Shown here piece by piece: positions 13,580 to 26,674 of a stretch of 64,000 nt of DNA (position 1 is its first letter; each line of letters starts with the position of its first letter). The translations under genes and the position numbers were made by a program. The notes beneath the pieces were generated by a model that made no database searches, was not told where the DNA came from, and saw only the letters and a program-made list of their open reading frames with translations. The stretch comes from Lama guanicoe (lineage: Eukaryota), in NCBI GenBank assembly GCA_013239625.1, contig MU053994.1:186001-250000 (forward strand), written 5' to 3'.

Positions 13580-13795
13580 AACTGCCTGGGCAGAAATTTT
13601 GGCACTGCCTGTTCCTTGCTGAGTGGCTTTGGGCTTGGTGCAGTCACCCTCGATGCCTCAGTTTCCACAAATGCAAAATGAGGGTGTCATTGCACTATCT
13701 TATAAGGTTGGTGTAAGGAGTAAATGAGATAAAACACATTAACCAGTTAGACTAGCGCCTGGCACATTGTAAACATTCAATAGATGTCAGCTATA
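13580..13795. mobile_element. MIR SINE
   Basis: GCCTCAGTTTCC...GCAAAATGAGG...TAAATGAGATAA...GCGCCTGGCACATTGTAAACATTCAATAGATG. Confidence 0.8.
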
Positions 13796-14000
13796 AAAAA
13801 AAATGGATGCATGTTCCTCGTTTACCTTATAATCTCACTTCTACTGCCATCTAGTTTCTATACCCCAAGCACACAGTTACATGCACATGACAAAACATAA
13901 TATTTTAAATATTTAAAATTTTCTATCCATTCCCCCACATCCTCACATTTTTCAAATACTGTGTGATTTTCAAACTAACCCCTCAACGGTCACATTGTTT

Positions 14001-14019
14001 TGGCCACCAGGTGGCGGTG
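14001..14019 (+). promoter_or_regulatory. Strong CTCF core motif, forward orientation
   Basis: TGGCCACCAGGTGGCGGTG matches CCASYAGRKGGCRS with no mismatch. Confidence 0.7.
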
Positions 14020-16019
14020 TTTGTTCAGCCAGGTACTGAGTGTTGGAAGTTGCCACACACTGGGGCTGGCTGGGGATGAACTTAGGATGCTGTTTCAGAA
14101 TTTGCACAGGTTCTAATTTTCTCCCTTCCATGCACTTTCCTTGTCCTATGACTGGCTGTTTCTTTCCTTCTGCTTCTTTTCCCCTCTGCTGCCTGACCCG
14201 CCTCCATGATACATCTGACCGCCTCCTCAAATAGGCGCCTTGTAGACTGTGGACTTGCAGAAATATGGTTGAGGTTTCCATACCCTCCAGCAAGGTGCTG
14301 ACCAGAAACGATGTTTTTTTAAAAAAAGCCACCTGGAACATCCTGGAAGACTAAAGGTTAAATCACTAAAGGGGCAGGAGAGGTAAATGCCCAGCTGGTC
14401 TCCCCCCCTCCAGTCTCTCCACTCCTCTGCACTCCAAGCCCAGGGCAGGGTCGTGGTGACCAATCCTGACATTTGGTTGCCACCCTGACATTCTCCATGG
14501 CTTTAGAGCCCTTCCCAGCACAGCTCTCCTTGAAGTTTCTGGTAACCAAACCCGTGTTTGCCGTCCCAGGTAGAGCGAGTGTCTGGGTCCGAGCATCTGG
14601 GTCCGAGCTATACCTGCACTGAACTGCCTCCCAGAGCCACTGCCCAGGCCTCCACACCATTTCCTCTGCCGCAATATGACAACAGCAAGGCATTAGTAAG
14701 GGCAGCCACGGTCAGTGAGCCCGTTCTATGAGCCGGGCCTCAGTGATTCACAGACGCCATCTCACTTCACCTCCAGAACAGGGCTGAGCAGGAGCAGTTA
14801 CACCTGTGGAAGCCATGGGTGAGGATAAACAACTGGTCAAAGTCATGCAGCCCCGAAGTGGAAGAGCTGGGTTGAGTCCAGACCACTGGCTTGAAAAGCC
14901 CGCTCCTCCCCTCCCACTCCCTTGCGGTCCCCCGGGACATCCTATGCTCTTGCTTCAGCAGCTCAGAGTGGAACAAGGCCACCGCTCTCACACCCACCCC
15001 ACACCCACAATTCCCAGATGTCCCTCCCCGTCACCACCCACAGCTTACACCTCTGCAGCAAACAGACTGGGCAACTTGACCTGCCGCTCTGGAAAGACTG
15101 TGGCCCTTCACTCTGGGGTCCCACCTCCAGCAAGCTGGGAAAGAGCCCCTGTGATACCCAGACGGACCGGGCAGCCCCATGACAGTGGTAGCTAGGTACA
15201 TGATGAGAGAGGTGACAGTCACCATCTGCAGTGCTGGAGAAAGCCGGTGAACTGGGGAATGAGGGAAACACGAAGGGAGGCCTACAAGGAGGCCTGTCCT
15301 CTGCCTCTGAGCTGAGGTTTGGCCTCTCCGGGTTATGAGGAATTCCTCCACACCCTGCGGAGGGGTCAGCTCCTACATGGAGAGATTCTCCTGTGAGGTG
15401 AGGGCAGGGGTCGGCGTTTCCAGGGCCCAGGTGGGACACGTTGACAAACCATTTCTGGGCCATGAGGCTTCCTATAAGACACGCCTGGATTCTGTCTGAG
15501 GGCGCTGGGGACGGACTCCCCATTCCTGCTGCTTCAGTTGTGTGCGGCCCTCGCATCCCCATTGTGGTGAAGAGAGGAAGGGGCAGATTGCCCTGACGGT
15601 TTTGGTTCATTGCACGGTTGATTTTGTTGGCCTGAGAAATGGGTAGTCATGGAAACCAGAAGGCTTATTCTGGAAGGGCCCTACTAGCCTTGTGTTTCCA
15701 TCTTACGTAATGCAGTTTCCAGAATTCTTCCCCCTGTTGTGTAAACCATGAATGGATCCCAAAATCAGTTTAGTGGATCACAACCAGAATTTTTTTAAAA
15801 AAGGAAATAGAATTGAATACAAAGGAAAATATCAGAGTGCCTTACACATATCAAGTCAGTTATTCTTTGGGGGCATTTTTATTTCAGTTCTATACATTTA
15901 TGAGTGCAGTGGGTCACAGTATAAAATGTATTCTTATTGGAGCTGTGGTCCCAGATGTTTATAAACTGCTGCTAACCTGAGTCTCACCTTGACAGAAGGG
16001 AAAAGCTTGCTTTTATTTT

Positions 16020-16465
16020 TTTCAAGAAGAAAAACATTTCTAGTAGTCAAAAACTGGACACAACCTAAATAGTCATCAAAGGTAGAAGAGATAAATAAAT
16101 TGTGGCATAATTACCTGATGGGAATATTATATATATGGCAAAGAAGGTGAATGAACTATAGCTGTATATAGTAACATGGATGAATTGTATTAACATTGTG
16201 CAGAACATAAGAAGCAAGATGAAGAAGAACACATACTTTATGATTTAGCTTATATAAAATTTTTAAAAGGAAAAACTAAAATCTATAGTTTAGGGATATA
16301 TCCATAGGTGGTAAAAGATATAAAGGAAAGTGACCATATACATGAAGTCAGGGATATGGTTACCCGAGAAGGGAAGGGGGTTTCTTAACCCTGCTGATGC
16401 TTACCTGGGAATTCAGTTTAACATTATTAGTTAAATTATATGTCTATGTTATATGCATTTCTAGG
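16020..16465 (+). mobile_element. Old L1 (L1ME/L1MC-type) 3' fragment
   Basis: AAAACTGGACACAACCTAAAT...GATAAATAAATTGTGGCAT...AACATGGATGAAT. Confidence 0.65.
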
Positions 16466-16482
16466 TATTCATCATTCATAGC

Positions 16483-16632
16483 TTTTTATTTTTTTAGGTT
16501 TTTTGGGGGGATGGGGGTGGGAGATAATCAGGTTTATTTATTTATTTATTTTTAGAGGAGGCACTGGAGATTGAACCCAGAACCTCAAGAATGCTAAGCA
16601 TGCACTCTACCACTTGAGCTATACTCTCCCCC
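16483..16632 (-). mobile_element. Vic-1-type SINE, long form with (TAAA)n tail
   Basis: Reverse complement GGGGGAGAGTATAGCTCAAGTGGTAGAGTGCATGCTTAGCA...; flanks share TTCATCATT. Confidence 0.9.
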
Positions 16633-16797
16633 GTTCATCATTTTAAAAAAGATTGTAAAAGTACAGTGATCAAATTTGTACCTTTCAGTCTACATTTTTA
16701 TTAGTTACTGGTTTTAATCACTTGCTGTAAAACATCTTGTCAGTGAAACACTCGCAGAAGGAATTATAAATTAAATTATGTCGGGGCTCGTTAGTTC

Positions 16798-17012
16798 TAG
16801 ACCAACACCGTCCAATAGAAATTTCAGTGATAAAAGAAGTGCTGTATATCTGTGCGGTGCAATAGGGACTGCACTAGCCACTTGTGGCGATTGAGCATTT
16901 GAGATACTGCTAGTGTGACTGAGAAATTCAATTTTATATTTTATTTAAATTTAATTATTCAAATCTACAAAGCCACATGTGCCTAGTGGCTACCATATTG
17001 GATAATACCAGT
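16798..17012. mobile_element. MER3-like DNA transposon
   Basis: GTCCAATAGAAATTTC...ACTAGCCACTTGTGGC...AGCCACATGTGCCTAGTGGCTACCATATTGGA. Confidence 0.8.
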
Positions 17013-17854
17013 TGAGGCCAATTTGCTTGGTATAATGAAATGTACTAATGCTTTGTTTTTAGACCAGCCTAAATTTGAATCCTATCTCTGTTACTACCAC
17101 CATGAGACTTTAGGCAGAATACTTGATTTTTCTGATCCTCAACATATCCATCTGTATAATGGGGATATGACGAGATACTTCTTAATCTTGATGTGAGTAC
17201 TGTATTAAATTAATGAATGCAGACCACCTGTCACAGACTCTGCCAGCAGTTGACGCTGAAGAAACGTTGGTTTCCTTCCCATACCTATGTGGCCATCTTG
17301 GAATTGTGGGAGCTCCAAATAAGGGCTGGATGAGAGAATTCAGATGACTTGGTGCAATCTACACCACATCTCTATTGTCAGTTGCAAAGATCTGTCTTCA
17401 GGGCAGCAGCACCATCATTGCAATTCTTTAGCAGAACTTCTTTTATAGCTCAAACTCCAAAGAAACAGTTATGTCCATGTTTCCAAGAAGAAACACATAT
17501 CCAAACACCAGCCCACCCCTTAGATATAGAAAAAGACCACCTACCCACACCAAATTTTGTTTGCTTTTGCCTAGTTTTGTTTCTTAGATTCAACAAGTGT
17601 ATACATTTTATTGTTAGGGAGCAGGATGCATTATTTATTTCTTCCCTCAGTGAGTAATTCTTCAGCATTTTTCCCTTTTGGTATGAATATTATATTGTAT
17701 TATTATATTATATATTATTATTCATGTTACTAAAACTTAATTTATGTTCTCAACATGTTTTTTTACTTCTGTGTGTTTCTAACGTGTCTTAATATGTAAC
17801 CAGAAACCTTGACGAATTTGCAGTGTTTGAAAAATGGAATTCTCATTTACAACT

Positions 17855-18246
17855 GATACAGGCTGAATTATGTCTCCCTCACCTCCAAATTCATGTGTTG
17901 AAGTCCTAACCCCCAGCACCTCAGAATTTGACTGTATTTGGAGATAGGGTCTTTAAAGACGCAATTAAATTAAAATGAGGTCCTGAGGGTTGGTCTTATT
18001 CTAATATGGTTGATGTCCTTCTGAGAAGAGATTAGGACACAGGCAACACACAGAGGAAAGACCATGTGAAGGCAAAGGGAAAATGACCATCTACAAACCA
18101 AGGAGAGAGGCTTCAGAATGAAACCAGTCCTGCTGACACTCTGATCTTGGACTTCTAGCCTCCAGAACTGTGAGACAATAAATTCGTGTTGTTGAAGCCA
18201 CCTGGTCTATAGTACCTCATTATGGCAGCTCGAGCAAATTTATACA
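17855..18246 (+). mobile_element. MLT1 (MaLR) solo LTR
   Basis: GGCTGAATTATGTC...AAATTCATGTGTTGAAGTCCTAACCCCC...GGACTTCTAGCCTCCAGAACTGTGAGACAATAAAT. Confidence 0.85.
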
Positions 18247-18489
18247 ACTTTCCTCTCATGAGGTTTCTCAGTTTATATATATCTGGCCAGATATTTTTTA
18301 TCAGCTACCCGGACTCAAATGCTGCAGTTTATATTAAAATGTGCTGGTGGTTGAAATCAATTGCACACTTCTGTGTGAGCCAATAACGTGAGGCAAGTCT
18401 TTAAAAGGGTAGCACAATCGGTCTGAGATTGCACCATAGATATGCTATCTCCAAAACATGGGAAGTCAAGATCCCCCCTCCTTTTTTCC

Positions 18490-20551
18490 CCTTTTTTAAA
18501 ATTTGAAGTATAGTCAGTTTACATTGTTGTGTCAATTTCTGGTGTATAGCATAATAGTTCAGTCATACATATACATACATATATTTGTTTTCATGTTCTT
18601 CTACATTATAGTTACTACAAGATATTGAGTATGGTTCCCTGCACTATACAGTAGGACTTTACTGTTTATCTATTTTATATATAGTAGTGTGTATCTGCAA
18701 ATCTTGAATTCCCAATTTATCCCTTCCCACTCCCTTCCCCTCCTGGTAACCATAAGTTTGTTTTCTATGTCTGCGAGTCTCTTTCTGTTTTGTAAATAAG
18801 TTCATTTGTGTCTTTTTTTTTTAGATTCCACATGTAAGTGATATCATATGGTATTTTTCTTTCTCTGTCTGACTTACTTCACCTACGATGATATCTCTAG
18901 GTCCATCCATGTTACTGTAAATGGAAATATTTCATTCTTTTCTATGGTTGAGTAGTATTCCAACTTCTTTTTCCAGTCATCTGTCAATGGACATTTAGGT
19001 TACTTCCGTTTCTAGGCTATTGTAAATAGTGCTGCTGTGAACATTGGGGTGCAGGTGTCATTTTGGAGTAGGGTTCCTTCTGGCTATATGCCCAGGAGCG
19101 GGATTCCTGGGTCATATGGTAAGTCTATTCCTAGTCTTTTGAGCAATCTCCATACTGTTTTCCACAGTGGCTGTACCAAACTGCATTCCCACCAGCAGTG
19201 TAGGAGGGTTCCCCTTTCTCCACAGCCTCTCCAGCATTTATCATTTGTGGACATTTTAGTGATGGCCATTCTGACTGGTGTGAGGTGATACCTATTTGTA
19301 GTTTTGATTTGCATTTCTCTGATAATTAGTGATATTGAGCATCTTTTCATGTGCCTATTGGCCATTTGTATGTCTTCATTGCAGAATTGCTTGTTTAGGT
19401 TTTCTGCCCATTTTTGGATTGGGTTCTTTGTTTTCTTGTTATTAAGTTTTATGAGCTGTTTCTATATTCTGGAAATTAAGCCCTTGTCAGTTGCATCATT
19501 TGCAAATAGTTCTCCCATTCCGTAGGTTTTCTTTTTGTTTTGTTTATGGTTTCCTTTGCTGTGCAAAAACTTAAGAGTTTAATTAGGTCCCAATTGTTTA
19601 TTTTTGCTTTTATTTGTATTGCCTGGGTAGACTGTCCTGGAGAACATTGCTAAGACATCAGAAAAATTTTTGCCTATGTTTTCTTCTCAGAGGTTTATAG
19701 TGTCTTGTCTTATGTTTAAGTCTTTAAACCATTTTGAGTTTATTTTTGTGTATGGAGTGAGGGAGTGTTCTAACTTCATTGATTTACATGTGGCTATCCA
19801 CCTTTCCCAACACCACTTGCTGAAGAGACTGTCTTTTCTCCATTGTATATTCTTGCCTCCTTTGTCAAAGATAGATTAACTGTAGGTGTGTGGATTTATT
19901 TCTGGGCTCTCTGTTCTGTTCCATTGATTCATATGTCTGTTTCTGTGCCAATACCATGCTGTTTTGATTACTGTAGCTCTGTAGTATTGTCTGAAGTCTG
20001 AGAGGCTTATTCCTCCAGCTTCATTCTTTTCCTTCAGTATTGCTTTGGCAGTTCTGCGTCTTTTGTCATTCCATACAAATTTTAGGATTTGTTCTAGCTC
20101 TGTGAAAAAATGTCCTGGGTAATTTGATAGGGATCGCATTAAATCTCTAGATTGCTTGGGTAGTATGGCCATTTTAACAATATTTATTCTTCCAATCCAA
20201 GAACATGGAATATCTTTCCATTTCTTAAATCCTCTTTAATTTCCTTTATCAATGTTTTGTAGTTCTCCATGTATAAGTCTTTCACCTCCTTGGTCACGTT
20301 TATTCCTAAGTATTTTATTTTATTTTTTGATGTGATTTTAAGAGGGATTGTTTCTTTACTTTTCTTTTCTGATATTTCATTGTTAGTGTAAAGAAATGCA
20401 ACTGATTTCTATATGTTAATCTTGTATCCTGCTACCTTGCTGACTTCTTTTATCAGCTCTTGTAGTTTTTGTGTGGAGCTTTTAGGGTTTTCTATATATA
20501 GTATCATGTCATGCACATATAGTGACAATTTTACCTCTTCTCTTCCAATTT
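18490..20551 (-). mobile_element. 5'-truncated L1 (ORF2 C-terminal part and 3' UTR), decayed
   Basis: Minus-strand ORFs [23 protein letters not shown]...[18 protein letters not shown] and ...[24 protein letters not shown] are L1 ORF2; frameshifts and stops present. Confidence 0.97.
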
Positions 20552-20939
20552 CCCCCCCACTCTTGACCCATCTGACCACACTTAGAACATTTTTCTCTTC
20601 TTTTTACCCCATTTTAAAAGGGGGGTAGAACTCATGCATTGTGCACCTACTATGTATCAAGCACTGGACTATGTGCATTGTGTACCCTTCATCTTCCCAC
20701 CAACCCAAGGAGATGGGTATTAATACCTCTCTTCCATTATACAGGTGAGGAAGCTGAGACTAAGAGAGGTTAAATAGATTGTCTGTCCAAGGTCATATAT
20801 CTGATAAATGGAGGGTCAAGATTCAAACAAATTCTATGTAATTTCATTAAATCCCTTTGCAATGAGAGGAGGGCCTTCATTCTGTGTGACTTCAGTGGAT
20901 CAGAACCTTGCCTCACTATTCTTTTGGCTTCTCATTCAG

Positions 20940-22620
20940 AAATCTTCCCGTCCCTCCATTTTAGCCACCCACCCCCATAGCCACACTCTGGACCTGATCA
21001 TCTGTCAGAAGTGCACTGTATTTAAAATCTCCATCTCAGACCTGCCCCTCGGAACACTACCTCCTCTCTCTCCCTCATTCATTCACGCCCAGGATGACTG
21101 TCCTTCAGCCTCATCAAGACCTTTGGTTTCTTTTCGATGCTTTGGCTTTGCTTCCCTCTGAAGTTCACTTCTTGGAGTTATACGCATCTTAGACTCTGCT
21201 GTCCATCACTTCCACTTGCACATGTCCTCGGTTCCTTCACACACTGTCCTTCTGTACCCTCTGCCAGCAAAACCCAACCCCGATCACCTCAACTGCCTTC
21301 TTCCTCTACACTTGCATGTGAGTTAGTAATGAAAGCTATGTCAATTACCCACAGATTCATACCACTATCAGTTTATGATCTCAGACTCAACTGCATTCTT
21401 AGCTCTCTGGAAATCATTTTGACTTCTACAGTCAAGCCCCACTTCTCAAAAGCAGACACAAAACCTGAAAACTTTCTTAATTTTCCTGAAACCTCCACCT
21501 ACCACTTCATTTTCAACAGAAGACCTTTCCTGCTCTTTCACAAAGGAAATGGAAATCACAAAGAGGAAGTCCCTCAGCCTCCCGCCACCAGCCCTCCAGA
21601 CCCTCCTGCATCTGCACTCTCCTGCCCTCCTTCTACAGAGAAGAGGCCCCTCCTCCTGTCAAGGGCTCCTTCCACTTCCTTCCTTCCAAGGGCTCAGGAA
21701 CCTTGCTCTATCAAAGAGTGTCCATATGTAGCTTCCTCCTTCGCCCTACCTCTTCTCACCAACATTTACAAACTCCTATTTTAAAACGAAACGAAACCAA
21801 ATCTGTCTGCTGTTTCCACATGCCTTCTTGGTTCCAGCCGTGCTCCCTCGTCCCTGTCACAGGCAGCCATTTTGAGGTGACTCACCTCCCTCACCTCAAC
21901 CTGTCACCATCTAGCTCCCTTCCTTGCTGTCCACTGAAACCTCTTACTGAGGTCCCTCATGGCTGCCTTATTGCTGAATCCAGGATCACTTATTAGTCTG
22001 TGTCACACCAAACTCTTGGCATCAAATGGCTGGTGCCTGAGACTCCAGTGGCTGCCAAGCCCCATAGCTGCAGATGTGGCCTCTCTTCTCCAACTGCCTT
22101 TCCTCTTGTCAGTTTCAGATGCCTCCTCTTCTGCTGTCCTTCCAAGCAAGGTCTCCAAGGAGCATCTGGCATGGGGCCTCCTCCTTACTCCTGCACTCCC
22201 CCAGGACTTTTTTTTCCCCTAACCTTCTACATGTTGATGCCATCCACACCTGTGTCCGCAGTCAGACCGCGCTCATGAACTCCACGTTTGTACATCCAAC
22301 TAACCAGCCAACACCTCCCCTTGGAGATCTTGTCTCCCCTTCCCAACCCACCTAAACTCAGTCCTGTGTAAAACTGAATTCATTACCTTCTCCACACAAT
22401 GGTTTTCTTCCTGGCGTTTTTCTCCAGGAGATGGTGTTTCCATTAACCCAGCTCTCCCAGCCAGAAACCTGAGGTCAGCCATGACTCTTTCCTGTCCCTC
22501 AGCCTCATCCAACTAAGTCTTCAGTCAACAAATCCTGGCAGTGTGACTTCTGAATCCTTCTGTTTCTGTCCCTTGCTGTCCTTTCTAGTCTAGTCTAGTT
22601 TAATTCACATCACTGCCATC
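20940..22620 (+). mobile_element. L2 LINE remnant (continues at ~23930-24240)
   Basis: Translation ATHPHSHTLDLII matches the L2/CR1 endonuclease PTHxxGHTLDL motif; pyrimidine-rich L2-like body. Confidence 0.7.
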
Positions 22621-22629
22621 TCTCACAGT

Positions 22630-23440
22630 GGTGGCCTTGTGTATATTTGCTGCACTGCTTGAGAATATTCAATTTTGCTGTAAAAGGCAAGAGAGCAAAT
22701 GGGAGGCATGGAACTCAGAAGGTGTGTTGGGCATGAATAAGTAATTTATTAACCTGGAAGATGCATAAAATAAGCCAAGTAAGAAGAGCATATTTGTGTG
22801 AACATGGAGAAGGGTGGAAAGACCAAAGATGCACGAATACTCTTGATATATACGATAAGTAAGCCTGAGGTACACGAGGCATACTGCTTTTATACCAGGC
22901 TCATGCAGCACTACAGAAGTCTTAATTCAGGCACTCATTTGGTAACACCCATTCTAGCCCCATGTGTCCTCTTCCTAAGAAACACAAAGAAATCCTTAGC
23001 TGTTCAGCAGACTTATTGACAAGCTAACACTGTGGCCAGGTACACTTGTCTCTGCATCTCTCAGAGGAAGTATGTGCCATTGATCCCAGGCCCTTTCTGT
23101 CTGTAGACCCCTGGTTCAGACCTCAACTCTGATGCGCGTAACCACACCATCAGCAGGGAAGGCTGTTGCGGCAGAGACAGAGAGACAGGATGTGTGCCCA
23201 CTGCATGCTCCAGGATTCAGGAAGTGTAGTACTTCTGCTTATTTGCACCCTCTGTGCAGTGTATAAATCTACCCCATCTCTTCCCCTTTGCCGTTTGCTG
23301 TGTGTTATAAAGTTTGCTGATAAAACTGTGTGATTCAAGCTTTTTCATGGGCAGTGCGTCTTTGTTTTCTCTGACCTCTTATGTAGCTCACCTGGTCGTG
23401 TCCTTGGAGGCTACCATTGCGTTAAAGTGATTTCCCACAT
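22630..23440 (+). mobile_element. Probable old ERV(L) LTR-like element
   Basis: Interrupts the L2; TATAAA near 23262 followed by a poly(A)-signal-like segment; family not identified. Confidence 0.3.
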
Positions 23441-23905
23441 GACAGGTGGATTGCACTCATGGCCTCAATCCTTCACCCATCCCTATATGCACGGCCTTTG
23501 TCATGGGACTTTACAGCTCCTCCTCTCAAGGGGCAAAATGTATTTTCCTGCCCTTTGAAATTGAGCTCAGCCAAGTGGTGTGCTTTTCTCCATAGAATGT
23601 TAGCAGACATGATGTCAGCAGAGGCTTGAAAGAGACCTGGACTTTGGGCTTGCTCTGCTGCATGCCTTCCATCTATGGAAGAGGGGTGTGCCCAAGTTTG
23701 TCTACTGTTACCAAGAGGAGAACAAAAACACAGGGTGTAGAGCCATGGCCAGCCAAACCCAGTGTAGATCAGCTGATAGTCCTAACTTGCCCAGCCTAGA
23801 TGAGTCATCTATCAACTGATCCACACACTCGCTAAAATAATATTGGATGTTATTTCCAGCCACTGGGTTTGGGATATTTTCTTACACAGTAGTAGTCAAT
23901 ATATA
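23440..23905 (+). mobile_element. Old MLT1-type LTR
   Basis: GGCCTCAATCCTTCACCCATCCCT...AGAGGCTTGAAA...CCACTGGGTTTGGGATATTTTCTTACACAG. Confidence 0.6.
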
Positions 23906-24245
23906 TACTCATCTGGACAAATTCTGTAGCTTCCTGACTTTTGTTCCTGCCTATAGTGCTCCCTTCCAGTCCATTTCCTACCGAAGGCATAGTACTCTTG
24001 TCACACGTGGATTTGACAATCTTATCCCCTTTCTTAAACCATCCAATGAATCTTTTCTTTATTTTTAGGATAAATTACAAAATATGGCCCCTGCTTGTTT
24101 ATCTAGCCAGCCTCATCTCTTGGCATTAGCCTCTTCTCTCTCTAAACTTTAAATACACTGAACTATTTGCAGATCCCTGACCGATGGAGACATTCTCTCT
24201 CGCCTCCAGGCCTGGGAACAGGTTGTTTTCTCCACAGGACAGCAT

Positions 24246-24585
24246 GTATTAGTTTACTGGGGCTGCCATTACACAGTAGTACCACAAACCGAGTGGCTTA
24301 AAACAACAAAAATTAATTGTATTCCAGTTCTGGAGGCCAGAATTCCTAAACCAAATTATCAGCAGGACCCAGGCTCCCTCTGAAACCAAGAGGGGAGAAT
24401 GCTTCCTTGCCTCTTCCTAGCTTTTGGTACTTGCACAATTCTTGGCATCCCTTGACTTGCAGCTGCTGCACTTCAGTCTCTGCCTCTATCATCACATGAT
24501 ATTTTCCCCTCATGTCTTCACATCCTTTTCTTATAAGGACACAAGTCATATTGAATCAAGGACCCATTTTACCCCAGTATCTGTA
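24246..24585 (-). mobile_element. MLT1 LTR fragment
   Basis: TGTATTAGTTT...GGCTGCC...TACCACAAACCGAGTGGCTTAAAACAAC...CAGTTCTGGAGGCCAGAA. Confidence 0.8.
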
Positions 24586-24604
24586 TCTTCCCCCCTCCCC
24601 AGCC

Positions 24605-26670
24605 CAGGTTTATTAGGATATGAGTGACAAACAACATTGTGTAAGTTTAGGGTATACAACATGATGATTTGATACATGTACTTATTACAAAATGATACCG
24701 TAATATGATTAGTTATCATCTCCATCACCACACATAATTAACATTTCTTTTTTGTGGTAAGAACATTTAAGATCTATTCTGTTAGCAACTTTCAAGTGTA
24801 TGATATAGTATAGTTAACTATAGTCACTGCGCTGTGCGTTAGATCCCCAGATCGTATTCATCTCAAAACTGAAAGTTTGTGCCCTTTGACCACCATCTCC
24901 CCATTCCCATATATATATCACATGTTCTTTATCCACTCATCTGAGCTGTACTTTCTTGTTTCTTTGCATGCATTATATTATTTTGTTGAAAACTAGACAT
25001 TTAAAATTTTTTTCATGTAGTACTTTAGATTCTCTACCCCACTTCTGGGATTTGTTGTTGCTTGCCATGGGTTGTAGTTGTTTGTTTGTTCAGTGATTTT
25101 GCTAAACTACTTTTGTAAAGACTGTATTCTTTGCAATGAGTGGTAAATGAGGTCTATGTTCCTTTAGCTCAGTGGTCAGCTCATCATTTGACAGAGATTT
25201 CCATAAACATTTTGAATCAAATTTTAAAAAAAGAAAGAAAAATATATTCTCCAGGTTCTTGAGGATTTGTTCTGTGTTGGGATAATCCTTCAAATCTTAG
25301 CCAGGAGGTTTACAGTCCTGCCTTAACCTTCACTTCCTACTCACTCGGAGCATAAAGAGCAGCTAGATGTGGAAGTTTATGCTTTTCTCAGGCCTTTTTT
25401 GAACATGCATTTTGCCCTGGATATGTATGTGGCCTTCCAGTTTCCACAGCCAACAAGGTAGCTTGTCAAAACCCTTATTCCCCAAGGAACCTTACACCCA
25501 GCTTTTCCTGCCAGGCTGTCAGTGTTTCTATTGTTTGCCCCAGTGTTATTTTTTGCCCCAGGTGGTAGTGATACAGGAAAATGGGGAACGAGAGGATGGC
25601 TCCATCAAGTGAGGGTCCTTGGTTTTGTGCAGGAAAGAATTCAAGAGCGAGCCACAGTTGAGTAAAATAGATTTATTCAGAGAGATGTACCCTCCGTAAA
25701 CAGAGTGCAGGCCATCTAAGAAGGCCAGAGAGGCCACAAGGCATGGGGGTGGTTAAAGCGAAAGTAGATTTACACACTCCATAGACAGAGTGCCGGCCGT
25801 CTCAGAAGGCAAGAGAGAGCAACGAGGTGAGAAGCAGTGGCCTCAGAGCATGAGGTCATCTAGGAAAGTGAGATCGGCCACGAGGTGTGGGGGTGGGGGG
25901 TAGTTTTTATGGGCTCGGAAGCTTCACATGCTAACAAGTGGGAGGATTATTTCAATTTGGGGGAAGGGGCTGGGATTCTCAGGAACTGGGCCACCACCCA
26001 CTTTTTGACCCTTTCTGGTTAGTCTGGGAACTGTCCTGGCGCCTGTGGGAGTGTCATTTACCATGCTAATACATTACAATGAGCTAATATATTATAATGA
26101 AGCTCAGTGTCCACTGGGAGTCAAACCTCCCACCATCTTGGTCCTCAAGGTCTACTGGGAGTTGAATCTTCTGCCATCTTGGTGTTAATTGCTGTGTCAC
26201 TCCTTTAATGGCTGCACTCTGTCCCCTTCCCTCCTGTCTCAGTAGTGGCTTTCCTTTCAATGTTTTTGAGGAAGGCCCCTTCTCCACCCTGAGAGGGCTC
26301 TGATTTAGGGGAAACAAAGTGAGTACCTTGTGCCCGTCCTTCAGGAAACCCCCAGACAGGTCAAAAGAGACAAAAACTGTCCCCAGGGATTAAGGTCTGC
26401 TCTGGTCCCTCTATAACCAGGTACAATGGGAATGCAGGCTGCTGTCTTCAAAATCACTGCCACATTGCAGAGGGAGGTGGGACTAGGGTGAGTTAAAATG
26501 CCACAAGGCTCTCCTTCTATGTTTTCATGGCCTTTCCCTTAGTTAAGCATTCACTTGGTTGCTGTTAACCTTTCATTACCGGCCAGAGCTCTGAGAAGAT
26601 TTCTCTTGACAGTTTTTCCCAGGTTTTTCAATGATTCTAGGGATGGACAGACCCCTGGATTTTCTTACCC
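24605..26670 (-). mobile_element. Old L1 fragments (3' end at 24605-24940; more diverged L1M-like sequence beyond), split by an LTR
   Basis: GTATACAACATGATGATTTGATAC...AGATCTATTCTGTTAGCAACTTTCAAGT; boundaries approximate. Confidence 0.55.
25569..26241 (-). mobile_element. Solo ERV1-type LTR
   Basis: TGATAC...TGTCTCA termini; perfect 4-bp TSD GTAG (25565-25568, 26242-26245); minus-strand AATAAA; internal ~50-bp imperfect repeats. Confidence 0.85.
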
Positions 26671-26674
26671 TGCC

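Noticed and set aside
14963..15610. 215-aa minus-strand ORF and overlapping ORFs
   Set aside because: Low-complexity Pro/Ser/Gly-rich translation with no recognisable domain; long ORFs in several frames are expected in GC-rich DNA.
19084..20172. ORFs similar to L1 ORF2 (also 34347-35254) as host genes or active elements
   Set aside because: Fragmented L1 ORF2 remnants with frameshifts and stops; the elements are truncated or deleted.
21137..21784. 215-aa plus-strand ORF
   Set aside because: Lies within a pyrimidine-rich decayed L2; no coherent protein.
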